From: Pseudomonas aeruginosa
GTDB taxonomy: Bacteria; Pseudomonadota; Gammaproteobacteria; Pseudomonadales; Pseudomonadaceae
Assembly (NCBI RefSeq): GCF_001457615.1
Contig: NZ_LN831024.1
Span: 3,780,001 to 3,812,000 of the forward strand
Direction of reading: 5' to 3'
DNA: 32,000 bases
In this document: positions 19,151-30,385 of the stretch, piece after piece
Layout of the letters: each line of letters opens with the position of its first letter
How positions within the stretch are numbered: position 1 is the stretch's first letter
Program-made: the position numbers and the translations under genes
The notes under the pieces: generated by a model
What the model was told of the DNA's origin: nothing
Databases searched by the model: none
The model's input: only the letters and a program-made list of their open reading frames with translations

Positions 19151-20512
19151 ATGAATCAACGTCCCGGGACGGCGCTGCCGTCCTCTCCCGTGTCCAGCTT
19201 CCAGCGCTGGCGCCTGCAGATATTCGCGATCACCTGGCTGGCCTACGCCGCCTTCTATTTCACCCGCAAGGCCTTTTCCGTCGCCAAGCTCGGCATCGCC
19301 GAAGATCCGGACTTCCAGTTGGACAAGATGGCGATGGCCGATCTCGACGCCATCTATCTCGCCGCCTATGCCGTCGGCCAGTTCACCTGGGGCGTGCTGG
19401 CCGACCGCTTCGGCCCGCGCATCGTGGTGTTCGGCGGCCTGCTGATCTCCGCACTGGCCGCGCTGGTCATGGGCACCTTCGCCACCCTGCCGATCTTCGC
19501 CACCTGCATGGTGGTCCAGGGACTGGCGCAGTCCACCGGCTGGTCGGGGCTGTGCAAGAACATCGGCAGTTTCTTCGCCACCCACGAACGCGGTCGGGTG
19601 CTCGGCCTGTGGAGCACCTGCTACGCCTTCGGCGGCCTGGTCGCCTCGCCGTTCGCCGGCTGGTGGGCGTACAGCGTGTTCGGTACCTGGCACGCGGCGT
19701 TCTACTCCAGCGCCGCGGTGGTCGGCGGCGTGGCCCTGCTGTTCCTGCTGTTGCAGCGCAACCGCCCGGAAGACGTCGGCCATCCTCCCGTCGAACCGCA
19801 GGCCGCGAGCGAAGCCGTGCGCTATGCCGGCTTCAGGCCGGAAGGCGGCAACGGCGGCAGCCTGCAGGTGCTCGCCAAGGTGGTGCGCAACCGCACGGTG
19901 CTCTGCCTCGGCCTGGCCTACTTCCTGCTCAAGCCGGCGCGCTACGCGATCCTCCTGTGGGGACCGGTGATCGTCTACGAACGCATGCCGGCGCTCGGCA
20001 AGGTCGGCGCGGCGATCGTTCCCACCGCCTTCGAGGTAGCCGGCCTGCTCGGCCCGATCCTGATCGGCTTCGCCTCGGACAAGCTGTTCGGCGCACGGCG
20101 CATGCCGGCCTGCGTGATCAGCCTGCTGGCGCTGACCGTCTGCCTGGCGCTGTTCGTCCCGGCGATGACCACCGGCAGCATTCCGATAGTGGTCGGCCTG
20201 CTGTTCATGATGGGACTGACCCTGTACGGCCCGGACTCGATGATCTGCGGCTCCGCCGCCATCGACTTCGGCACCAGCGAGGCCGCCGGCACCGCCTCCG
20301 GCTTCGTCAATGGCTGCGGTTCGGTGGGCGCGATCCTCGGCGGTCTGTTGCCCGGCTATTTCGACACCTACACGGTGTTCATCGGCTTCACCATCGCAGC
20401 CCTGATCGCCACCGCGGTGCTCCTCCCGCACTGGAACAGCCGGCCCGGCGGCGCACGGGAAAGCCTGCGGAATATCCCCAGCCTGGCGGACTTCCGTCCC
20501 ATCCGCTCCTGA
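19151..20512 (+). CDS. MFS transporter resembling the organophosphate:phosphate antiporter (GlpT/UhpC/PgtP-like) group, 453 aa
   Basis: YFTRKAFSVAK, DLDAIYLAAYAVGQFTWGVLADRFGPR, GLAQSTGWSGLCKNIGSFFATHERGRVLGLWSTCYAFGG; start preceded by GAGGTCAG. Confidence 0.88.
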   Translation: MNQRPGTALPSSPVSSFQRWRLQIFAITWLAYAAFYFTRKAFSVAKLGIAEDPDFQLDKMAMADLDAIYLAAYAVGQFTWGVLADRFGPRIVVFGGLLISALAALVMGTFATLPIFATCMVVQGLAQSTGWSGLCKNIGSFFATHERGRVLGLWSTCYAFGGLVASPFAGWWAYSVFGTWHAAFYSSAAVVGGVALLFLLLQRNRPEDVGHPPVEPQAASEAVRYAGFRPEGGNGGSLQVLAKVVRNRTVLCLGLAYFLLKPARYAILLWGPVIVYERMPALGKVGAAIVPTAFEVAGLLGPILIGFASDKLFGARRMPACVISLLALTVCLALFVPAMTTGSIPIVVGLLFMMGLTLYGPDSMICGSAAIDFGTSEAAGTASGFVNGCGSVGAILGGLLPGYFDTYTVFIGFTIAALIATAVLLPHWNSRPGGARESLRNIPSLADFRPIRS

Positions 20513-20567
20513 CCGTCCGCGGCGGGAACCTCCGCCGCGTCCTTCTCCACGAACCGGGAACCCCCTC

Positions 20568-20921
20568 ATGCATATCGAACGTTTCGAAGTCGTCAAGCGT
20601 CGGGCCGAGATGGCCCTGCACGGCAACACGGTCTACATCGGCGGCCAGGTCGCAGACGACCCCAGCGGTGACATCCAGGACCAGACCCGCCAGATCCTGG
20701 AGAACATCGACCGGCTGCTCCAGAGCGTCGGCAGCGACCGCGGCCAGGTGCTCTCGGTACGCATACTGCTAGCCCACCGGGAGGACTACGCCGGTCTCAA
20801 CCAGGTCTGGGACCAGTGGTTTCCCGAAGGCCGGGCGCCGACCCGCGCCTGTAGCCTGGCCGAGTTGATCGACCCGCGTTGGCGGGTGGAAATGATCGTC
20901 GTCGCCGCCCGCCCGCAGTGA
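20568..20921 (+). CDS. RidA (YjgF/YER057c/UK114) family protein, 117 aa
   Basis: LHGNTVYIGGQVADDPSGDIQDQTRQILENIDRLLQSVGSDRGQVLSVRILLAHREDYAGLNQVWDQWFP. Confidence 0.92.
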   Translation: MHIERFEVVKRRAEMALHGNTVYIGGQVADDPSGDIQDQTRQILENIDRLLQSVGSDRGQVLSVRILLAHREDYAGLNQVWDQWFPEGRAPTRACSLAELIDPRWRVEMIVVAARPQ

Positions 20922-20931
20922 GAGCACAGCC

Positions 20932-22329
20932 ATGACCTTCCGACCCTTCTGGCTGGACCAGGCCCTACGCTCCGAACATGCGGCACCCTGCCCGCCGCTG
21001 GCCGGGGATACCCGCGCCGACGTGTGCATCGTCGGCGGCGGCTACACCGGCCTGTGGACCGCCATCATGCTCAAGGAGCACGATCCCGGGCTCGACGTGG
21101 TGCTGGTCGAGGCCGATCTCTGCGGCGCCGGCGCCAGCGGCCGCAACGGCGGCTGCGCGCTGTCCTGGTCGGCCAAGTTCTTCACCCTGGAACGGCTGTT
21201 CGGACTAACCGAGGCGATCCGCCTGGTCAAGGCCTCCGAGGACAGCATCCGGGCCATCGGCGCCTTCTGCCAGCGCTACGACGTCGAGGCCGACTACCGG
21301 CTGGACGGCACCCTCTATACCGCCACCAACCCGGCCCAGGTCGGCAGCACCGACAGCGTGATCGCCGCTCTGGAGCGCCACGGCATCAACTCCTTCGCCA
21401 AGCGCCCGCTGGCCGACGTGCAGCGCCTGGCCGGCTCGCGCAGGCACCTGGAGGGCTGGTTCTCGCCGGCTGCCGCGACGGTGCAACCAGGCAAGCTGGT
21501 TCGCGGCCTGCGCCGGGTCGCCCTGCAACTGGGGGTACGCCTGTACGAAGGCACGCCGATGCGAGGACTGGAGCACGGCCGCCCGGCGGAAGTGGTCACC
21601 CCCCACGGGCGGGTCGTCGCCGGCCGCGTGGTGCTGGCGCTGAACGCCTGGATGGCGAGGGCCTTCCCGCAGTTCGAACGCAGCGTGGCGATCGTCTCCA
21701 GCGACATGCTCATCACCGAGCCACGACCGGACCTGTTGCAGGAGATCGGCCTGACCAGCGGGGTCAGCGTGCTCGACTCACGGATCTTCGTGCATTACTA
21801 CCACAACACCCCGGACGGCCGGCTGATGCTCGGCAAGGGCGGCAACACCTTCGCCTACGGCGGACGCATGCTACCGGTGTTCGACCGTCCCTCGCCGTAT
21901 CTCGGACAACTGCGTGGCAGCTTGCGGGAGTTCTTCCCCGAGTTCGCCGAGGTCGCCATCGAGGCCAGCTGGAACGGTCCGTCGGATCGCTCGGTGACCG
22001 GCCTGCCGTTCTTCGGCCGGCTCGACGGCCGCGACAATGTGTTCTACGGCTTCGGCTACTCCGGCAGCGGCGTCGGTCCATGCCACATGGGCGGGCAGAT
22101 CCTTTCTTCGCTGGCGCTCGGCCTGGACAATCCCTGGACCCGTTCGCCGCTGACCCAGGGGCCGCTCGGCCGCTTCCCGCCGGAGCCGATCCGCTATGTC
22201 GGTTCGCTGATGGTGCGCAACGCGATCCGTCGCAAGGAGCACGCCGAAGACGCCGGCCGGCGCCCGCGTCATCTCGACGTACGCCTGGCCAGGTTCGCCG
22301 CCGCCGCGGGCAAGGCCGACAAGGGTTGA
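20932..22329 (+). CDS. FAD-dependent amine/amino-acid oxidoreductase (DAO family), 465 aa
   Basis: ADVCIVGGGYTGLWTAIMLKEHDPGLDVVLVEADLCGAGASGRNGG; C-terminal FYGFGYSGSGVGPCHMGG. Confidence 0.93.
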   Translation: MTFRPFWLDQALRSEHAAPCPPLAGDTRADVCIVGGGYTGLWTAIMLKEHDPGLDVVLVEADLCGAGASGRNGGCALSWSAKFFTLERLFGLTEAIRLVKASEDSIRAIGAFCQRYDVEADYRLDGTLYTATNPAQVGSTDSVIAALERHGINSFAKRPLADVQRLAGSRRHLEGWFSPAAATVQPGKLVRGLRRVALQLGVRLYEGTPMRGLEHGRPAEVVTPHGRVVAGRVVLALNAWMARAFPQFERSVAIVSSDMLITEPRPDLLQEIGLTSGVSVLDSRIFVHYYHNTPDGRLMLGKGGNTFAYGGRMLPVFDRPSPYLGQLRGSLREFFPEFAEVAIEASWNGPSDRSVTGLPFFGRLDGRDNVFYGFGYSGSGVGPCHMGGQILSSLALGLDNPWTRSPLTQGPLGRFPPEPIRYVGSLMVRNAIRRKEHAEDAGRRPRHLDVRLARFAAAAGKADKG

Positions 22330-22339
22330 GCCGCTTTCC

Positions 22340-22378
22340 GGGCGTCTCTTCAGCCCATTCGGGGGCGCCCTTCTTTTT
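22340..22378 (+). terminator. Intrinsic terminator downstream of the first FAD oxidoreductase gene
   Basis: GGGCGTCTC-N13-GGGGCGCCC forms a 9-bp stem (with G:U pairs) followed by TTCTTTTT. Confidence 0.7.
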
Positions 22379-22676
22379 CCTTCGGTTTCGATTTCGCTCA
22401 AGCAAAGGTCGTAAAAAGCGCATTTAATTCACCCGTCAGCCTGTGCGAGGCTGTTCCAACCCCTGGCCCAGTTTTCCTTCATGCACCTACCGACGACGCG
22501 CACCCTGCCCTACCAGCCTTCCGCCAACCCGGCCGGAACGCCCGCGCGTCTACCCCGCAAGCACAGCCGCTGGCTGGAACTGGAGCCGCTCGCCCTCCCT
22601 CTCGAACTGGCCTTCTGGGCGCTCTGGCATTGCCGCCACGCGCGTCCGCCGGACGCTCGTCACGCCTGATATGCCT

Positions 22677-22702
22677 CCGGCCCCGCGCAACGGCGGGGCC
22701 GG
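22677..22702 (+). other. GC-rich stem-loop in the leader of the glutamine-synthetase-like gene
   Basis: CCGGCCCCGC-GCAACG-GCGGGGCCGG, 10-bp perfect arms. Confidence 0.75.
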
Positions 22703-22796
22703 CCTGCCGCTTGCATGCCGTTCCGCGACGCTGCCGTCGCCGGAGCGCCGCTGCGAGCGTCGCGACGCTACCGGACAAGACCGACAAGAGAGCCCC

Positions 22797-24161
22797 ATGA
22801 ACTTCGCCTGCGAACAAGAAGCCCAGGATTTCCTGGCCGCCAACCCCGACATCGAACTCTTCGAACTGTTCATTCTCGACGCCAACGGCGTGCCGCGCGG
22901 CAAGCTGCTGCACCGCGACGAGCTGCTGGCCGTCTACCGCAGCGGCCGGCCGCTGCCGAGCACCATCCTCGGGCTGACGATGAACGGCGAGGACGTCGAG
23001 GACTCCGGCCTGGTCTGGGACGTCGGCGACATCGACTGCCGCGCCTACCCCCTGTCCGGCAGCCTGGTGCGCCTGCCCTGGCGACAGATCCCGACGGCGG
23101 CGGTGCAGGTCAGCATGCACCCGAGCGAGGGCCTGCCCGCCAGCGTCGCCGATCCGCGGCACCTCCTGGTGCGAACCATCGACGCGCTGAAGAGCGAGGG
23201 CTATCACCCGGTGATGGCCGCCGAGCTGGAGTTCTACCTGCTCGACCGTGAGCGCGACGCCAACGGCCGCCCGCAACCGGCCCGCGACGCCGATGGCGGC
23301 CGCCCACGGGCGACCCAGGTCTACGGCCTGCGCGAACTGGAGCAGATCGAGCCGTTCCTCGCCGACCTCTATGCCGCCTGCAAGGCGCAGGGCCTGCCGG
23401 CACGCACGGCGATCTCGGAATATGCCCCGGGCCAGGTGGAAATCACCCTCGACCACGGCGACGCCCTCGCCGCCATGGACCAGGCGATCCGCTACAAGCG
23501 CCTGGTCAAGGGCATCGCGCACAAGCACGGGATGCTCGCCTGCTTCATGGCCAAGCCGTTCGACCACCTGGCCGGCACTGGCATGCACCTGCACGTCAGC
23601 CTGGCCGACGAACAAGGCCACAACCTGTTCGCCAGCGACGACCCCGCCGGCACGCCGTTGCTGCGCCAGGCGGTCGGCGGCATGCTCGCCAGCCTGCTCG
23701 ACTCGCTCCTGCTGTTCTGTCCCAACGCCAACTCCTACCGGCGCTTCCAGGCCAACAGCTACGCGCCGCTGGCGCAGACCTGGGGCGTCGACAACCGCAC
23801 CGTGAGCCTGCGCGTGCCGGGCGGCCCGGCCTCCAGTCGGCATATCGAGCACCGCATCTGCGGCGCCGACGCCAACCCCTACCTGGCCGCCACGGCGCTC
23901 CTCGCCGGGGTCCACCGCGGCATCCGCGAAGGCATCGATCCGGGTGCGCCGGTGGAGGGCAACGGCTACGCCCAGGCCGGCAAGCGCCTGCCCACCGACT
24001 GGCTGACCGCCCTCGATACCCTGCAAGGCTCCGAGTGGGCGCGGGAAGCCTTCGGCGAGCCGTTCCTCGGCGTCTACCTGGCGGTGAAGCGCGCGGAATA
24101 CCGGCAATTCATGGGCGAGGTCGGCGAGCAGGACTGGCGCTGGTACCTGACCCAGGCCTGA
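22797..24161 (+). CDS. pauA3: Glutamine-synthetase-like gamma-glutamylpolyamine synthetase family protein, 454 aa
   Basis: GS-family motifs: GKLLHRDELLAVYRSGRPLPSTILGLTMNGEDVEDSG, MAAELEFYLLDRE, GTGMHLHVSLADEQGHNLF, RVPGGPASSRHIEHRICGADANPYL. The symbol is assigned from remembered P. aeruginosa annotation and context. Confidence 0.85.
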   Translation: MNFACEQEAQDFLAANPDIELFELFILDANGVPRGKLLHRDELLAVYRSGRPLPSTILGLTMNGEDVEDSGLVWDVGDIDCRAYPLSGSLVRLPWRQIPTAAVQVSMHPSEGLPASVADPRHLLVRTIDALKSEGYHPVMAAELEFYLLDRERDANGRPQPARDADGGRPRATQVYGLRELEQIEPFLADLYAACKAQGLPARTAISEYAPGQVEITLDHGDALAAMDQAIRYKRLVKGIAHKHGMLACFMAKPFDHLAGTGMHLHVSLADEQGHNLFASDDPAGTPLLRQAVGGMLASLLDSLLLFCPNANSYRRFQANSYAPLAQTWGVDNRTVSLRVPGGPASSRHIEHRICGADANPYLAATALLAGVHRGIREGIDPGAPVEGNGYAQAGKRLPTDWLTALDTLQGSEWAREAFGEPFLGVYLAVKRAEYRQFMGEVGEQDWRWYLTQA

Positions 24162-24229
24162 GATCCCGGACCCGCCCGCATACGGCGGCGCGCCGGCAGG
24201 ACGCGCCGCACTGGAACAAGGAATACCCG

Positions 24230-25540
24230 ATGAACGCAGCAATCCATCCCCGTCCGGCCGCGGAACGCGCGCCGTCCTACTACGCCGCCACGCTCAACGA
24301 GGAAACCGACTATCCGACCCTGCTGGGCGCGGTGACGGTCGACATCGCCATCATCGGCGGCGGCTTCACCGGCGTCGCCACGGCGGTCGAACTGGCCGAG
24401 CGTGGCTACAAGGTAGCCCTGGTCGAGACCCATCGCATCGGCTGGGGCGCCAGCGGGCGCAACGGCGGCCAGGTCACCGGCAGCCTGTCCGGCGACGCGG
24501 CGATGCACAAGCAGATGCGCCAATGGCTGGGCGCCGAGGTCGAGGACTTCATCTGGCACCTGCGCTGGCGCGGCCACGAGATCATCCGCCAGCGGGTGGA
24601 GAAGTACGGCATCGCCTGCGACCTTCGCCATGGCCACCTGCACGCGGCGATGAAGGCCAGCCACATGGGCGAGCTGCAGGCCTCCTACGAGGAGGCGGTG
24701 CGCCGCGGCATGGGCGACCAGGTGGTCCTGCTGGACAAGGCCGGCGTCCAGGCCCACCTGGAGACCGAGCTGTACTGCGGCGCGCTGAAGAACACCCGCA
24801 ACATGCACCTGCACCCGCTCAACCTGTGCATCGGCGAGGCCAGGGCGGCGGCCGGCCTCGGCGCGCTGATCTTCGAACATTCCGAGGTGCTGGATATCGT
24901 CCACGGCCCGCGGCCGGCGGTGATTACCCGCGAGGGAAGGATCGAGGCGCAGCAGATCCTGCTTGCCGGCGATGTCTACCACAAGCTCGAACGCAGGCAG
25001 CTCAAGGGGATGATCTTCCCGGCCATGGGCGGAATCGTTACCACCCGGCCGCTGGGCGAGCTGGCACGGGAGATCAACCCGCAGGGGCTGGCGGTCTACG
25101 ATTGCCGCTTCGTCCTCGATTACTACCGCCCCACCGCCGACGGCCGCCTGCTGTTCGGTGGCGGCGCCAACTACTCGGGCCGCGACTCGCGGGACATCGC
25201 CGCCGAGCTGCGGCCATGCATCGAGCGCACCTTCCCGCGCCTGAAGGGCGTGGAGATCGAGTTCCAGTGGAGTTGCGCCATGGGCATCGTGATGAACCGG
25301 ATCCCCCAGCTCGGCAAGCTCTCCGACAACGTCTGGTACTGCCAGGGCTACTCGGGGCATGGCGTGGCCACCAGCCACATCATGGGCGAGATCATGGCCA
25401 AGGCGATGAGCGGGAGCCTGGAGCAGTTCGACACCTTCGCCCGTTGCAAGCACCTCAGGGTGCCGCTGGGCGACCTCTTCGGCAATCCGATGCTGGCCGC
25501 CGGGATGTGGTACTACCAGCTCATGGAGAAGCTGCGCTGA
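24230..25540 (+). CDS. pauB2: FAD-dependent gamma-glutamylpolyamine oxidoreductase family protein (PuuB-like), 436 aa
   Basis: APSYYAATLNEETDYPTLLGAVTVDIAIIGGGFTGVATAVELAERGYKVALVETHRIGWGASGRNGGQ; adjacent to the GS-like gene. The symbol is from remembered annotation. Confidence 0.85.
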   Translation: MNAAIHPRPAAERAPSYYAATLNEETDYPTLLGAVTVDIAIIGGGFTGVATAVELAERGYKVALVETHRIGWGASGRNGGQVTGSLSGDAAMHKQMRQWLGAEVEDFIWHLRWRGHEIIRQRVEKYGIACDLRHGHLHAAMKASHMGELQASYEEAVRRGMGDQVVLLDKAGVQAHLETELYCGALKNTRNMHLHPLNLCIGEARAAAGLGALIFEHSEVLDIVHGPRPAVITREGRIEAQQILLAGDVYHKLERRQLKGMIFPAMGGIVTTRPLGELAREINPQGLAVYDCRFVLDYYRPTADGRLLFGGGANYSGRDSRDIAAELRPCIERTFPRLKGVEIEFQWSCAMGIVMNRIPQLGKLSDNVWYCQGYSGHGVATSHIMGEIMAKAMSGSLEQFDTFARCKHLRVPLGDLFGNPMLAAGMWYYQLMEKLR

Positions 25541-25571
25541 AGCGCGAGGGATGGCGGGGTCCGCGGAAGGC

Positions 25572-25811
25572 CTAGTCGGCCTTCTTGCGGATCCAGTAGA
25601 GATAGGTGCCCGCCTCTTCCTGCTGCTCGACCAGCTCGTGGCCGAGGAACACGCAGAACTTGGGGATGTCGCGGCGGGTCGAGGGATCGGTGGCAATCAC
25701 CTTGAGCAGGCCGCCGGGCGCCAGGTCGCGGACCTTGTTGTGCAGCATCATCACCGGCTCGGGACAGTTCAGGCCGGTGGCGTCGAGAATGGCGTCGACA
25801 GAATGGGTCAT
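25572..25811 (-). CDS. tusA: TusA-family sulfurtransferase, 79 aa
   Basis: [53 protein letters not shown] contains the CPxP motif. Confidence 0.9.
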   Translation of the reverse strand: MTHSVDAILDATGLNCPEPVMMLHNKVRDLAPGGLLKVIATDPSTRRDIPKFCVFLGHELVEQQEEAGTYLYWIRKKAD

Positions 25812-25895
25812 CGGGAAACTCCGCAACAGAATCCGCGCATTGTCGCGCATGCGGCGCGGCCGGTCACCTGTCCCCGGCCGGAATGCCGCCGCCCC

Positions 25896-26954
25896 TCAGC
25901 GTTCGAGGCGGCGTAGATGGCAGGTCACTTCCTCGCGGTCGTGATACAGCTGCTTGCAGCCGATCGCTACCTTCAGGCCGCGCGCGTCAAAGCTCTCGCG
26001 CAGGCGCTGGAGGATCTTGCGCACCTCGGCATAGCGCTGCTTCATCGGCAGCTTGAGGTTGACCACCGCCTCGCGGCAAAGCCCTTCGCCGATCCAGGTC
26101 TCGATCAACGCACCGGTGCGTGCCGGCTTCTCGACGATGTCGCAGACCATCCAGTCGACCCGCTGGCGCGGGCGGTACTGGTAGCCGTCGACCTTCTGGT
26201 GGTCGACCAGCCCGGAATACATCAGGTTCTCCGCCATCGGCCCGTTGTCCACGGCGGTCACCCGCATCTCCCGGTTAACCAGTTGCCAGGTCCAGCCGCC
26301 CGGCGCCGCACCGAGGTCTACGGCGAGCATGTCCGGCGCCAGGCGCTTGTCCCATTCGCTGCGCGGGATGAACTGGTGCCAGGCTTCCTCCAGCTTCAGC
26401 GTCGAACGGCTCGGCGCCTCGCGGGGAAACTTCAGGCGCGGGATGCCCATCGGCCAGAGCGCGCTGTTGCGCGGCTCGGCGAGGCCGACGAAGACTTCCC
26501 GGCCGGAGCGGAAGGTCAGCAGCAGGCGCGGCAGCGCCGGGTCCTCCTGCAACCGCCCGGCCTTCACCAGCGCCGCGCGCAGCGGTTTCTCGAACTTGCG
26601 GCAGAAGGTCGACACCTCCTTGCCGGCATTGGTGTCCAGCACCTCCAGCCAGAGGCTGCCGCAAACCGGATAACTCGCCAGTTCCGCCAGCAGTACCTCG
26701 ATGCGCTGGCTTTCCGGCAATTCGATGAAGCCGGGCCCGCGCGCCCACTGGCGCGGGAAGATCAAGTCGGCGAAACGCAGGCGGCGCATCAGGCGCTCGG
26801 CGCCGTCGGCGTCCTGGCAGACGAACTCGACGTGGGCGCTGGCCGGCTTGCTCTTGGCATAGCCGGGAATCTCGAGAGTGGCTGCATGCTCGGCGATTTC
26901 GGCGCAGACTTCACCTTCGAAGCCTGGCCGGCAGTGCATCAACAGGGTATTCAT
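25896..26954 (-). CDS. rlmM: 23S rRNA (cytidine-2'-O)-methyltransferase, 352 aa
   Basis: MNTLLMHCRPGFEGEVCAEI, MLAVDLGAAPGGWTWQLVNREMRVTAVDNG, VDWMVCDIVEKP; matches the RlmM/YgdE family. Confidence 0.92.
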   Translation of the reverse strand: MNTLLMHCRPGFEGEVCAEIAEHAATLEIPGYAKSKPASAHVEFVCQDADGAERLMRRLRFADLIFPRQWARGPGFIELPESQRIEVLLAELASYPVCGSLWLEVLDTNAGKEVSTFCRKFEKPLRAALVKAGRLQEDPALPRLLLTFRSGREVFVGLAEPRNSALWPMGIPRLKFPREAPSRSTLKLEEAWHQFIPRSEWDKRLAPDMLAVDLGAAPGGWTWQLVNREMRVTAVDNGPMAENLMYSGLVDHQKVDGYQYRPRQRVDWMVCDIVEKPARTGALIETWIGEGLCREAVVNLKLPMKQRYAEVRKILQRLRESFDARGLKVAIGCKQLYHDREEVTCHLRRLER

Positions 26955-27280
26955 GGGGTTGTCTCCTTGGCCGCGCACTATAGTGCCGGGCATGCCTCAA
27001 GGGAACTGCAGCGACCGTTCGTCGGTCCAGTGTATATGGCAGGAGCCCTCGAGCCGGTCTAGCTTGAAGGTTTCGAACAACGCTATCCCAAAGTCTGACT
27101 CTCGCCAGCGGCCGGTACCGATGGGATCGGGCCACCGCGCATTACCGAGGTAACGGCACCCTGGCGTCCGCGGACGCCGCGGGTCCCGGGCGAAGCCAGG
27201 CACTATCGGCTCGACGACGGGCCTGGCGTCAGGACGAGGCCAGGCCCGCCGCCCCCGGGCCCGCCGTGAGGAAATCAGAA

Positions 27281-30013
<2,733 letters not shown>

Positions 30014-30033
30014 GGCAGCGGCGGTACGCGCGG

Positions 30034-30059
30034 AGGGGTGGCTTCGGCCACCCCTTTTT
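30034..30059 (+). terminator. Rho-independent terminator of acnA
   Basis: AGGGGTGGC-TTCG-GCCACCCCTTTTT. Confidence 0.94.
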
Positions 30060-30220
30060 CATTCCGGCGCCCGGGGCCGCGAGCGCTTCGCAGGGCGAAC
30101 GACGCCCCGGCGTCATCCGCCGATACCCCGCAGGACCGGCGGATGGCCGCCTCGCGCTTATCCGCCAGGCCCCTCCCCAGCCCATGCGCGCCGCCGGGAA
30201 CGACACGAAACCGTAACGCA

Positions 30221-30234
30221 TTGACCTCCATCAG
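30221..30234 (+). promoter_or_regulatory. Candidate ANR/FNR box upstream of aer
   Basis: TTGAC-CTCC-ATCAG has two mismatches to TTGAT-N4-ATCAA and lies about 150 bp upstream of the ATG. Confidence 0.5.
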
Positions 30235-30385
30235 CGAATCCGCCATCTATCCGACCACGTGGTCGGTTCTCATGCTTTGGGTCAATAGCTATCTGTTTTT
30301 CCTCGTGAAAGCATTCACAAATCCCTCATGTGAAAGGCGTTTTCGCCGATGCAGAGGTAAATGCTTCACTTGTTTTGGAAGGCCC

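Noticed and set aside
20932-22427. Overlapping long frames inside the FAD oxidoreductase gene (467 aa plus-strand alternative frame)
   Set aside because: Arg/Pro-rich frame without motifs. The 465-aa frame carries the GxGxxG and C-terminal DAO signatures.
25566-25584. GAAGGCC-TAGTC-GGCCTTC stem overlapping the TusA stop, considered as a bidirectional terminator
   Set aside because: No T-tract on either side beyond two bases, and it overlaps coding sequence, so the evidence is insufficient.
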